Shown: positions 48,111-57,600 of the stretch, in pieces
How the letters are laid out: every line of letters starts with the position of its first letter
Numbering within the stretch: position 1 is the first letter of the stretch
IMG/VR virus record: IMGVR_UViG_3300032233_002657
Coordinates: 117,490 to 181,489 of that record
Length of the DNA: 64,000 nt
Source of the DNA: a virus
Taxonomy: Duplodnaviria; Caudoviricetes
Strand: one strand, 5' to 3'
The notes under the pieces: generated by a model
The model's input: the letters and a program-made list of their open reading frames with translations, nothing else
Told to the model about the DNA's origin: nothing
The model's database searches: none
Translations under genes and position numbers: made by a program

Positions 48111-49934
48111 TTAGAAGCTCATTTTAAATTTCTTATACCAAGCAGCGAACATCACTACGGTGAATAATTCTTTCTGCGCCCCTAGTCCTGGACCAGCTGA
48201 AGGCTTACCGCTAAGTTTACGGGGGCCGGTATGTAATACGTTATTGAGGTACCTGTCGTCTATGTCAGAAGAGCTTATCTCAAAGATATCTCTCACGTTT
48301 TTGTCAGATAGGACGTTTCTTATGTAATCCCTCATAGGAGCCTTGTTTTTAGCTGGCTTTGAAGCTGTGCCAATAACCCAATCGTCTGTAGGTGCTCTCC
48401 AGCCTGTTTTATTTTTCTTTGTAATAAAGGCTGGAAGCTTACCCGCATACGCGGCGCGAAACAACCGCTTATTATGTGAATCAAATTTAAGATTAGGGCC
48501 GCTAGGAGTAGCTTTAAGCTTGCCCGGTATGCCTCTAACAAAGTCTTTAAACACGCTGCACATAAATGGGAATCTTGACTCCATACCAAACGCCATTCCC
48601 AACTTATCGTTACGTACTAGAAAGTCTTCGCTTAAAGTGTGCAGGCTGTCTACGTACATGAAGTCATTAATAGAATCTCCGGTCAGCCCTCCTTTGGGAA
48701 GCCAAGACATGAGGTAATCGTTCTGATCCTCTATAGTCATATTCTTAGAAGCGTCACGAAACGTCCTGTGTCTTAGCCTTAGGCTGTTCAGTCTTTCTTT
48801 AAAGGTAGAAAAAGTTAGGTAGTGCTTATACCCCGCCAAAAGCTCATCGCCACCGTCGCCACTAAGCGTGACCACAACTCCAGCGTCGCTTAACAGCTTG
48901 TTAGTAGCGTAATAAGCAGGGTAACTCTTTCCCTGCCTAGGCTCACCTAGCGCTAGTATAGTTTTGTCAAGGTTATTCACCCAGTCCTGCTCATTAAATA
49001 GGACTTCGCTATGAGAGGCTCCATACAGGTCTGCCAGCTTCTTGGCGGCGTTGGCGTCGCTGTTATAGTGCGCGTCTAATCCGGGAATATCAAATCGAGT
49101 AGAGAAAGTACTAGGGCTGAGGTTTAAGGACTGAGACATCTCGTACAATACGGCCGAGCTGTCCATACCGCCACTTAAAAACAGCCCCGTCTTTCTACGG
49201 CCCATAAGAGTCAAACTTACAGCCTGTTTAAACTTGTCCTGTATGAGGTGCGGCAAGTCGGATTCAGGTCCCGTGTATATCTTCACTTGGTCGTTGTTTA
49301 TGTTGCTAGAGAAGTATGCGTTACTAGCTAAGCCTAACTCTACGATCTGACCAGGAACTAGTCTGGTTATTCCATGAAAACAAGTTACAGGCCCAGCGGT
49401 GAGTCCTGAGTAGAAGTAATGCCTGAATCCTTCTTTAGACACTTTACGCTCAAACCCAATGTCTAATAAGCTAGATATCTCTGAAGAGAAGGCTAGACTG
49501 CCGTTTAGGTATCCGTAGTAAAGTGGTTTAGCTCCGTTGCTGTCTCTAGCTAATAGCAGCTTCTTAGTATGCACGTTGTATATGGCTACAGCAAACATAC
49601 CGTCTATCTTGTGCAGAAATTGCTTACCGTACTTCTCATACCCTGCTAAAAGAACTTCAGTGTCTGTGTCTGTTTTAAAATCATAACTAAGAGATGACTT
49701 AAGAGCTTTGTAGTTATATATCTCTCCGTTGTACACCATCACATGGTCATTGGACTTCCACGGCTGCGCTGACAAGGCAGGGCTGTCTACTATAGATAAC
49801 AAGTTGTGCCCTAGAGTTATGTGGGCGTCTCCCCAGCTGCCGCTACCATCGGGCCCTCTATGGCGAGCAGCTGCTATCATCTTGTCTATAGACTTGTCTT
49901 GATCCTTCCAGCAGAAGCCGTGTATTCCACACAT
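48111..49934 (-). CDS. asnB: Asparagine synthase (glutamine-hydrolysing) family amidotransferase
   Basis: MCGI N-terminal Cys, HRGPD, NGEIYNY, LSGGMDSS, LSGDGGDELLAGY, ESRFPF. Confidence 0.9.
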   Translation of the reverse strand: MCGIHGFCWKDQDKSIDKMIAAARHRGPDGSGSWGDAHITLGHNLLSIVDSPALSAQPWKSNDHVMVYNGEIYNYKALKSSLSYDFKTDTDTEVLLAGYEKYGKQFLHKIDGMFAVAIYNVHTKKLLLARDSNGAKPLYYGYLNGSLAFSSEISSLLDIGFERKVSKEGFRHYFYSGLTAGPVTCFHGITRLVPGQIVELGLASNAYFSSNINNDQVKIYTGPESDLPHLIQDKFKQAVSLTLMGRRKTGLFLSGGMDSSAVLYEMSQSLNLSPSTFSTRFDIPGLDAHYNSDANAAKKLADLYGASHSEVLFNEQDWVNNLDKTILALGEPRQGKSYPAYYATNKLLSDAGVVVTLSGDGGDELLAGYKHYLTFSTFKERLNSLRLRHRTFRDASKNMTIEDQNDYLMSWLPKGGLTGDSINDFMYVDSLHTLSEDFLVRNDKLGMAFGMESRFPFMCSVFKDFVRGIPGKLKATPSGPNLKFDSHNKRLFRAAYAGKLPAFITKKNKTGWRAPTDDWVIGTASKPAKNKAPMRDYIRNVLSDKNVRDIFEISSSDIDDRYLNNVLHTGPRKLSGKPSAGPGLGAQKELFTVVMFAAWYKKFKMSF

Positions 49935-49976
49935 GTCTTGAATTCCTGGTAATAAACCTTTAGGCTTACTAGGCGT

Positions 49977-50636
49977 TTAGCAAGTAAGAATATAATCCCC
50001 AGCCATCTCTTTCACCAGCTTGTACCCCATACCTTTTAGAAAGGGTATAGCTGCTACGTCGCTTAAGCCGTAAGCTTCGCCGTGCCCTGGCTTCTGCTCT
50101 ACTATTATAGTCGGCCTGCATCTTCTTATAGTATCTACGCCACCTTCAAGAACAAACAGCTCATAGCCTTCGCAATCAATTTTAATAAGGTCAACGTCGT
50201 TTAAATTAAAGCTGTCTAGGGTCTTCATAGGAATATCTCCTTCGCCCCCTACTCTAGTATCACCGCTGCTCGTTTTCTCAGTAAACATGGACACGCTTCC
50301 TTCTGCCGAACCTAAAGCGCAAGCATGCAGAGTAACGTTCGAGCGTGTGGCCAATACGTTCTTAGTAAAGCAGTCTCTATGAGCTTGCACCGGCTCAAAC
50401 GCATCAACGTGCTTGAACTTATGAGATAGATTAAACGACCACAGGCCTACGTGCCCGCCTATGTCAATTGCGTTTCTAAACTGCTTGCACGCAGCCATAG
50501 CCGCTACTTGCTTCTTACCTTGGTAAGCTTCTCTGTTATTAAGAATAACTGATTGCTTCTTTTTTTTAACTGCTTCTAACCATTTAGGAAGATGTGATTC
50601 TTTGTCTGGGAACCACCAACCATTTGCCTTTTCCAT
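49977..50636 (-). CDS. FkbM-family methyltransferase
   Basis: AIDIGGHVGLWS, AFEP, LIKIDCEGYELFVLEG. Confidence 0.88.
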   Translation of the reverse strand: MEKANGWWFPDKESHLPKWLEAVKKKKQSVILNNREAYQGKKQVAAMAACKQFRNAIDIGGHVGLWSFNLSHKFKHVDAFEPVQAHRDCFTKNVLATRSNVTLHACALGSAEGSVSMFTEKTSSGDTRVGGEGDIPMKTLDSFNLNDVDLIKIDCEGYELFVLEGGVDTIRRCRPTIIVEQKPGHGEAYGLSDVAAIPFLKGMGYKLVKEMAGDYILTC

Positions 50637-50646
50637 AAAAAATACC

Positions 50647-51420
50647 TTAAGTAAGTATGCCGTTTAAGTGATCGAGTACCATGCTTGGAGTTATGTCCTG
50701 CATAGCTTTTTTACAGTGCGAGCATGGTAGCCTATTACCGCACGGTATTCCACCCGTAAATATGTTTATGTGATCATCGTACCCAGTCTGTTTAGGCGAG
50801 ATAAACCCACCAAACAAAACAATAGCCTTGCTGCCAACAACTGCAGATGCGTGATGCAATCCTCCTTCGGGGAGCACGCTTACCGCAGCGTGCCTTAAAA
50901 GAGCAATTGCAGTTCTAAAGTCTGGCGTGGTTGCGTACTGCACTTTAGGTAATAGCTTACTGCCATCTTTAACAATTTGAACCCAATTTATATCAGGAGC
51001 ACTGTTAACTAAATTATTCCAGCTAGCCCAGCCCCAGTCTTTATTGATAGGAGCCCTAGGCTTTAAGTTAGGCTCTATAAACACAGGAAGGCTTCCTAAA
51101 GACTTAGCTATGTCCCTAGCTGCGATTAGCTCTCTATTACTAAAGAATATCTGACCTCGAGCAGGGGTGCTGTCTTTCCATATGTATTTATCAGGGGTTA
51201 TCTTAGATATGTACCGCCTGCCCGCCTCTGGCCCTAATGTCTGAGTATTAGACACGTTTGAAGGTTCGCCTTCTCTAATCATGTAAGGGTTACGTAGAAA
51301 CACCTCTGATTTTCTAATCTTGTTCTTTTCTATCATCACTTTGACTTTTAATTGATTCTTGGCGTACAGGTCTCTCACTTCGCCAGTAACCATCAAGTCA
51401 TCGCCTAAGCCCATGACCAA
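50647..51420 (-). CDS. GT9-like glycosyltransferase
   Basis: GLGDDLM, NKDWG..W, EGGLHHASA, C..CKKAMQDITP. Confidence 0.75.
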   Translation of the reverse strand: MVMGLGDDLMVTGEVRDLYAKNQLKVKVMIEKNKIRKSEVFLRNPYMIREGEPSNVSNTQTLGPEAGRRYISKITPDKYIWKDSTPARGQIFFSNRELIAARDIAKSLGSLPVFIEPNLKPRAPINKDWGWASWNNLVNSAPDINWVQIVKDGSKLLPKVQYATTPDFRTAIALLRHAAVSVLPEGGLHHASAVVGSKAIVLFGGFISPKQTGYDDHINIFTGGIPCGNRLPCSHCKKAMQDITPSMVLDHLNGILT

Positions 51421-51426
51421 GGACTC

Positions 51427-51984
51427 CTATTTATAACCTTTTTTAGAGAACACCATACCGTTGTTTTTAAAGAACTCGCGTTTCATCGTGCTTACGCTTT
51501 TTGCTGTGTTTGTAAATGTTGGATAAAACGTAAACCCATACCTGCTAAATAGATCTACCCAGTAATCAGCAGACTGGCAGTTAACGTGGTGATGCCCTCG
51601 CTTACCTGGGGGAGCAAAGGTCATAAACACATAGTTAGCAGACTGCATTAGCTGCATGTAGTTGTCTTCAAACTTACTGTCCACATGCTCCACAAACTCA
51701 CAAGACCATATCATATCTACTTGCTTATAGGTATAGGGGCCTTGAGTAAAGTCGTGAAGAATGAACCAGTCGTCGGTTCTCTCAAGAGTGAAGTCTCCGT
51801 CTATACCGTAAGCTTCTATGCCCCTTGCTCTTGCGGCTTCTACCATTCCACCCGTGCCGCAGCCTACATCTAATAACGTAGTCACGCCTAGCTTGTTCTT
51901 AGCGTATAGAAGCAAGCCTATGTCTATGTGTGTTACGTTAGCGTGACCGCCGAGATGATTAGGCAACTTGCTGATTGAGTTCAT
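51427..51984 (-). CDS. Class I SAM-dependent methyltransferase
   Basis: LLDVGCGTG, GIDG, SCEFVEHV, GHHHVNCQ..YW. Confidence 0.85.
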   Translation of the reverse strand: MNSISKLPNHLGGHANVTHIDIGLLLYAKNKLGVTTLLDVGCGTGGMVEAARARGIEAYGIDGDFTLERTDDWFILHDFTQGPYTYKQVDMIWSCEFVEHVDSKFEDNYMQLMQSANYVFMTFAPPGKRGHHHVNCQSADYWVDLFSRYGFTFYPTFTNTAKSVSTMKREFFKNNGMVFSKKGYK

Positions 51985-52005
51985 GGTAAAGTGCTTTCTA
52001 TTATC

Positions 52006-53673
52006 TTAAGGTGTGGGATCAGGCAGCTTACTGATTGGTGATGCGGACATGGCTAGAGACTGAAGATGCTGCAAAGCTTTTAGCCTAGCAGCAGCAGCTG
52101 CGGGAGCCATGTAATTAGTGTTGCTGTTCATGATATCAATAGCCTCAGCTGGGGTGTAGTAACCCCTGTTGGAGGCATTCCAGACATCTAAGTTCTTGTT
52201 ACCTCTTCGGCCAGCAGCGTCCGCTAAAACAAAGTGCGTTCTAGACCCAGCAAAATTGCGTTTAATCTTAGCCCTATGAGCATCACTCCAAGGGTGATCT
52301 ACAGGATCAATAGGTAACAACCTCGGGTTCTTAGCGGTAATGCCTGTCTCTTCCTTGAGCTCTCTCAAAGCGGCTACTAGAGGATCTTCTCCTGCTTCAA
52401 TTCCTCCGCCCGGTAAGGCAAACGACTTGTCGCTATCCCAGGTGCCACCATAGATCTTGCCCTTAGGATTTTGAGTGTAAACCTCAACCCTGTCACGCCA
52501 TGGTAGCTCTTCCTTAGTTACTCCCGCTGACTTTTCTTTATTAGCTAACCAAGCCTTAACCGCAGCAATTACTTTAGGGTCTTTTGCGTGGTTTAAGTAA
52601 TGTTGCGCAGGCATCTCCCCTACAAAATCCTCTCCTAAGTATTCATACTCAGGTATGGCATCTACATCGGTGCTCTGTATGGGCGTGACGGATATTGGCT
52701 TCACCGGCATGTGGCTTACATACTCTGTTGACTTATTCCACTTGCCCAGCTCGTTATCCTCTCTATCAATCTTTGTAAATGCAGAGGCTGGAAGTTTATA
52801 TAGGTAACCGCCAGGAGTATGACCAAGCAGTGCTTTACGCCCAGTCTGCTCGTCAATCAGTCTATGATACACGGAGTTTTTTATCTTATCTTTTACAGCT
52901 TGATACTCTGCCGTTGGGTTTGCTGCAAAGGCTGAGCTGGGGGAATCGCCAGCAAACACTACGGGCGCGTTATACTCATGCCCAAATGACTTTTTAGAGT
53001 TGTAGCTGGGATCAAGCGAATCAAATTTCTTACCAGAAGCGTGGTATAGGAAGTCCCTATCCGTAACGGGTCCTTGGCTTAGAATACGCATGTTAGGGTC
53101 GTTAGCTATGTACTCGTGGTGACTAGCCAGCTTACTCACCGCATTATCCTCAGTAACTCTCTTCTTCTTACACCCTACTGGAATATAGAACCCCAGTTGT
53201 GGAGACGTCTCCAATCCGTAGCTCTTCCTGATATCTTCTAAGTCGTTGCTCTTAATAGAAATAGCCCATAGCTTGTCATAGTCACCTGTTGCAGGCAACT
53301 CAACTATTGGGCCAAGAGTGTAGTGATAAGAATGACCTCTCTCAGTGATGTGGCTAGTGCCGCCTAGCTTGTCTACTTCTTCCTTAGTCATGACCTTGAT
53401 AGCGCATTCAGTCCTATTGTTGCGAACTACGAACTCAGCTCCTGGCTCATCTAAGGCGTCAAAGACACCTTTGATAAGCGAAGAGGGCACTGTTAGTTCT
53501 AAGTTACCGCTAGGGCCTGCTTGAAGCCTACCAGCAAGAGCGTGTACAGATGTGTGCTCTGCATTCTTGTTCATAAGACCATGAGCCTGCCCAAACAAGA
53601 ACATCTCAGCGTGAAGAGCTTTGAGCCACTCAGCGCCTTTGATGATGCCTAAGGATAGCGGGGGTATGGTCAT
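52006..53673 (-). CDS. Tri-domain protein: degenerate 2H-phosphoesterase-like / ADP-ribosyltransferase-like / NUDIX hydrolase
   Basis: The NUDIX box GGGIEAGEDPLVAALRELKEETG is unambiguous. The middle domain LYHAS..F..P...VVFA...GYLYKL...EYVS..PVKP is ART-like. The N-domain has 2H-like spacing without the His residues. Likely start MTIPP (53673, TAATG coupling). Confidence 0.7.
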   Translation of the reverse strand: MTIPPLSLGIIKGAEWLKALHAEMFLFGQAHGLMNKNAEHTSVHALAGRLQAGPSGNLELTVPSSLIKGVFDALDEPGAEFVVRNNRTECAIKVMTKEEVDKLGGTSHITERGHSYHYTLGPIVELPATGDYDKLWAISIKSNDLEDIRKSYGLETSPQLGFYIPVGCKKKRVTEDNAVSKLASHHEYIANDPNMRILSQGPVTDRDFLYHASGKKFDSLDPSYNSKKSFGHEYNAPVVFAGDSPSSAFAANPTAEYQAVKDKIKNSVYHRLIDEQTGRKALLGHTPGGYLYKLPASAFTKIDREDNELGKWNKSTEYVSHMPVKPISVTPIQSTDVDAIPEYEYLGEDFVGEMPAQHYLNHAKDPKVIAAVKAWLANKEKSAGVTKEELPWRDRVEVYTQNPKGKIYGGTWDSDKSFALPGGGIEAGEDPLVAALRELKEETGITAKNPRLLPIDPVDHPWSDAHRAKIKRNFAGSRTHFVLADAAGRRGNKNLDVWNASNRGYYTPAEAIDIMNSNTNYMAPAAAAARLKALQHLQSLAMSASPISKLPDPTP

Positions 53674-54209
53674 TAGCACTTCCATTTGCGTAAAGCTTTG
53701 TTGATTCGGCTATCTGGATCATTTGCAGTTTTCTTAGAGGTAAGCTTAGACTTCATTCCGCCCATACGAGCGCAGAAGCTACTTTTTCTAGCTCCGCCTT
53801 CAGGCTGAGGTCTCTTTATATCTTGGCCTTTAGCTTTTAAGCTCTTTCGGCCTTTCTCGTTTAGGCCTCCGTCTGGGTTCTTGCCTTCTTTTCTCTGCCA
53901 CGCAGGAGATGCCTTCTTCTCTGATTCTTTTTCCTTCTTCTTACCCACGGGGCGACAAGAGCCAGAAGTTAAAGCTTTAGTACCTGGTACGCGCTCGTAG
54001 CCGCTCCAGCACTTAGCTTCCTTCTCCGATATCGCTGTTACTTTTTTCCAGTTCTTTGAATCAGGGTAATCTTTGTCTCCAGGCTTTGCTGCAGACTCTC
54101 CTCTTTCTTTTTTGGCTCTTATATTAGCCCATAGGCCTGGCTTGTTAGCTGATGCGGCTAACTTGCCCATGAGTGCTCCAAACTCTGCTGCTTTTTCTAG
54201 TTTGCTCAT
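53673..54209 (-). CDS. Leader-A protein carrying three small basic modules
   Basis: Start MSKLEKAAEFGALMGKLA (54209, AGGAG RBS); modules PGLWANIRAK, CWSGYERVPG..GSC and PAWQRKEGKNPDGGLN..SFCARM each follow a KxA. Confidence 0.7.
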   Translation of the reverse strand: MSKLEKAAEFGALMGKLAASANKPGLWANIRAKKERGESAAKPGDKDYPDSKNWKKVTAISEKEAKCWSGYERVPGTKALTSGSCRPVGKKKEKESEKKASPAWQRKEGKNPDGGLNEKGRKSLKAKGQDIKRPQPEGGARKSSFCARMGGMKSKLTSKKTANDPDSRINKALRKWKC

Positions 54210-54392
54210 AGTTAGTACTCCTACGTGCTTAAAGGTCTTAGCTCTTCGAGGCATTATACTATTTAAGGCGGGTCTATGCATACTGATTTATGCATTTACG
54301 CTATGTTTCAGTATCGCCTGTAGAAGACTTATAGTATATATCAGACAAATATAACTGTTTATAATTATTTATCTAGAGTAAGAAGCTTACCG

Positions 54393-55214
54393 ATGAGGAA
54401 ACCGCCTAAAATCATAAATGGCAAATTTATAAAGATTCACGAAGCAAACCAATTCTTTAGCCATGTGACAGTAATGATGCTTGAGCATTTTGATAACCCA
54501 ACATATGATAAAACAGTTTTTCTTCTTGGAACTTATCTTTTTGAGCCTGTAAAAGAAATAAAGAAAAAGTTTCCAGGTTATAAGATTGTGGTGTATCAGC
54601 TAGAGCAGCTTATGGGTGGCTCCAATTGGCGTAGTATAAAAACAACTATACCCAACATGGAAGGGGCTGATGAAATATGGGATTTTGATTATATAAACGA
54701 AGCGTTCTTAGACAGGAAGGGCGTAAAAGTCGATCGTCTGGTGCCTATGCTGCATACAAGTGCTTTACAGAGAATAGCTTTTAATGAAGACCCTTTCTTT
54801 GATGTTCTATTCTACGGCTATATGAATGAACGCCGGTTTAAGATTTTCCATCATCTGCAGAAAAAGCTATACAACGAGATTAAGTTAAACTGGATATACG
54901 GATCATGCGACATAGACAGGTATATACAAGACAGTAAAACAATACTTAATATACACGCCTTTGAGCCATACAATCGGCAAGAGCAGGTTAGAATGTTTTA
55001 TCCCGTAATTAATTATAAAACAGTTATTAGTGAAACAAGTCAGTTCAACAACTTATTAGGTAGCGTGATAGAGTCTTCAATAGTAGATCTGGTTGATGTT
55101 ATAAGACACGTGTGCCAAGGTGATGTCTGGAGAGAATTTGGAAAGCAGGCAGAGACAAACTTCAAACATAAAACACAACTATTTATAGATACAAATGAAA
55201 ACACGCCTAGCTGA
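54393..55214 (+). CDS. Glycosyltransferase-like (GT-B) protein
   Basis: YQLEQL, ADEIWDF, DVLFYG..NERR, SKTILNIH, EQVR, VISE. Confidence 0.65.
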   Translation: MRKPPKIINGKFIKIHEANQFFSHVTVMMLEHFDNPTYDKTVFLLGTYLFEPVKEIKKKFPGYKIVVYQLEQLMGGSNWRSIKTTIPNMEGADEIWDFDYINEAFLDRKGVKVDRLVPMLHTSALQRIAFNEDPFFDVLFYGYMNERRFKIFHHLQKKLYNEIKLNWIYGSCDIDRYIQDSKTILNIHAFEPYNRQEQVRMFYPVINYKTVISETSQFNNLLGSVIESSIVDLVDVIRHVCQGDVWREFGKQAETNFKHKTQLFIDTNENTPS

Positions 55215-55216
55215 GT

Positions 55217-55681
55217 TTACTTGCTCATAAACTTAGCTGATATCTCTTCAGGGGTAAGTGTTTTCTTAGGTGTTTGTGCTTTTCGACTTAAATATACTTC
55301 CTCTCTAGCCTTATTGGAAGCTCTAGCAATCATGTGATCGATTGCTTCCTCTTCTTTTTTCTTATTAACACTAGCAAGGTGTTTCTGATCTTCTCTCTTA
55401 GCTTCGTCCTTTTTATGCACGGAGCCTCCTGCAAGTGCGCCTACTAACCCACCTACGCCTGCTCCAGTCAAAGCTCTTCTTAACTTACCTTCTTCTGTTC
55501 CAGCTAAGTAGTCATAAAGGGCGGTACCGCCACCGCCTACAAGGGCACCGATACCGGCTCCAGCCGCGGTTGGAGAATTAAGAATGCCAGATCGGCTAAG
55601 CCCTACGCCTAACGCAGAGCCTAGTCCGGCTTGCTTTCCCATTCTAGCCCCGAAGGCTGCTGCTTTTTCAAATCTGTTCAT
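55217..55681 (-). CDS. Leader-A glycine-zipper protein
   Basis: MNRFEKAAAFGARMGKQA, then GAGIGALVGGGG..YDYL..LRRALTGAGVGG. Confidence 0.7.
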   Translation of the reverse strand: MNRFEKAAAFGARMGKQAGLGSALGVGLSRSGILNSPTAAGAGIGALVGGGGTALYDYLAGTEEGKLRRALTGAGVGGLVGALAGGSVHKKDEAKREDQKHLASVNKKKEEEAIDHMIARASNKAREEVYLSRKAQTPKKTLTPEEISAKFMSK

Positions 55682-55707
55682 TGCTATTTCCTAGAGTTAA
55701 TTGCTGT

Positions 55708-56346
55708 TTAGTCCTCATCGCTTATTAAAGGATTCTTTTTAGAAGGGATATAACCGTCGTTCTTACCTGGAAGCGTAGGCGTAGGACGGGACGGTGGGGT
55801 ATCTTTTACATCGTTAAACTTGTCTGAGGGGAACGGTGGGTATATTTCTTGGTCTCGTAAGGACGGGCCTGCGGAGAATGGCCCTGTCTTAGTATTATTA
55901 GGCCATGCGTAAGGATGGTCATTCTTATGGATTTCACGACTATTGCCTATTGAGTTGTCAAAAGCTCTAAGTGCAGCAGCCTGCGGAGAGTTCTTTGGAT
56001 GCAGCCCAGCCGTTGCGGGGCCTTTAGGCAAAAGTTTAAGATAGTCTTGAGCTAACATAGCTGAAGCATCGTAGTTTAACGTCCCACCAGCTTGAGCGTT
56101 TTCTTGAAAACGGCTTCGGCCACCACCTGTATATTGGTTAACAATAGGGGATTGGTACTTAGTCGGGTTATAATAGGCGCTCCTTGGATCTTGATCTACT
56201 CCAAAATGCGGGTGATCAGGCGTGTCTTTAAAATGGTGAGCGTCTTCGCTCTCTGCGCTCGGCGATAATTTTTGATTTTTTAAATCACTTAGTGCCCTCT
56301 TGCCCATCATGGCTCCAAAGGCTGCTGCTTTTTCAAATCTGTTCAT
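55708..56346 (-). CDS. Leader-A Pro-rich protein
   Basis: MNRFEKAAAFGAMMGKRA, then unrelated disordered cargo. Confidence 0.7.
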   Translation of the reverse strand: MNRFEKAAAFGAMMGKRALSDLKNQKLSPSAESEDAHHFKDTPDHPHFGVDQDPRSAYYNPTKYQSPIVNQYTGGGRSRFQENAQAGGTLNYDASAMLAQDYLKLLPKGPATAGLHPKNSPQAAALRAFDNSIGNSREIHKNDHPYAWPNNTKTGPFSAGPSLRDQEIYPPFPSDKFNDVKDTPPSRPTPTLPGKNDGYIPSKKNPLISDED

Positions 56347-56367
56347 TGCTATCCTCTATTGTTAAAA

Positions 56368-57162
56368 CTACTTTTTACCGGTAAACCAATTATGCAATAA
56401 GTTAGCAGGCTCTGTAAACGCATTATCAGTAATAAACGGATAATCTTTGCTTATGTGCTTAAACTGATCAGCCCTGCTTGAGTTGTTGTAAATAGCCTGC
56501 TGCCCCATAGCTTTAGCCTTGTCTAAAAGGCTAGCGTTGTCTTTAGGTGCCATAGCTGCATTTGCTAAAGTAGTTCTTGCTAGTTCGGTGCCGCCGTATC
56601 CGGCTAAGCCGCCTAAGCCTCCACCTATCAAAGAGCCTGTCAAAGCTCCACCTATAACACTAGGTCTGTTCTTTACAAACTTTATTCTTCCTTTACTGTC
56701 TCTCTTAGTTCTGCCCATATCATCAAGCTCTGGCTCATCTGATTCATCGTCTCCTGATAGAGCGCCCAAGCCTCCTATGACTCCTCCAGCCAATGCGCCT
56801 GCGCCTCCCAAGCCTATGGCGTTAGCAACACTAGGGTCTAGAGAGCCTACTTTGCTTAAAGCTGGTGCTAGCGCGCCTAATACAGAACCTTCTTGAGTTT
56901 TCTTTGAAGAATCGTTGTAAGCCTCTATGGCTTTTATCTGAGCGAGCCTTCCCAAGCCGCCTAGGGCTGCGCCTAATGCCATTCTTGTGTAGCGCTCTCC
57001 TCTGGGCCTATCTATACCTGAGAATTGGTCATAGATGCCAGCGCTGCCTGCGCCTAGCAGAGTAGCTAAGATAGTTCCTCTAGAAGAGTCCTCTACAGGT
57101 ATGTAGCCGGCGGTCTTGCCCATTCTAGCCCCGAACTCTGCTGCTTTATCATACTTGTTCAT
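56368..57162 (-). CDS. Leader-A glycine-zipper protein
   Basis: MNKYDKAAEFGARMGKTA, then two Gly-zipper hairpins. Confidence 0.7.
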   Translation of the reverse strand: MNKYDKAAEFGARMGKTAGYIPVEDSSRGTILATLLGAGSAGIYDQFSGIDRPRGERYTRMALGAALGGLGRLAQIKAIEAYNDSSKKTQEGSVLGALAPALSKVGSLDPSVANAIGLGGAGALAGGVIGGLGALSGDDESDEPELDDMGRTKRDSKGRIKFVKNRPSVIGGALTGSLIGGGLGGLAGYGGTELARTTLANAAMAPKDNASLLDKAKAMGQQAIYNNSSRADQFKHISKDYPFITDNAFTEPANLLHNWFTGKK

Positions 57163-57172
57163 AGTCTAATCC

Positions 57173-57589
57173 TTATGCTGCGTCTTGGTTAGACATTATA
57201 CTAAGCCCGCCGTTGTCTAATCTACGTCTTAGTGATCTAAGCTCATCTTCTAATTGAATAACCTTAGTTCTTAACTCATCGTTCTCTTTGCGGCAAGATC
57301 GCCTGTCGTTGTGAAGCTCTTCTATGTCCTTTTTAAGGTTCTTCATCTCTTCTCGTAGAAAGCTCTGCATGTCTTTAGATGACTCCACTATGAGTCTGTA
57401 CTCACTGAAGAGCGTATCATTCTCGTGGTGCTCTAGGCGCTGTTTCTTAAATATTATCTCTTTGGTTTTGATGTCAGCTTCCTTTGCAGCTTTGAGTCTA
57501 CTGACATAAATAAAGGAAATGGCCCCCGCGAGGGAGCCAGCCGCACCAAATATAATGCTTATAGCAGCTAATACTATATTAAAGTCCAT
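57173..57589 (-). CDS. N-terminal TM plus coiled-coil protein
   Basis: Hydrophobic residues 3-29, then heptad-like coil; holin/spanin-like architecture, function unassigned. Confidence 0.55.
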   Translation of the reverse strand: MDFNIVLAAISIIFGAAGSLAGAISFIYVSRLKAAKEADIKTKEIIFKKQRLEHHENDTLFSEYRLIVESSKDMQSFLREEMKNLKKDIEELHNDRRSCRKENDELRTKVIQLEDELRSLRRRLDNGGLSIMSNQDAA

Positions 57590-57600
57590 ATGATTGGGTC

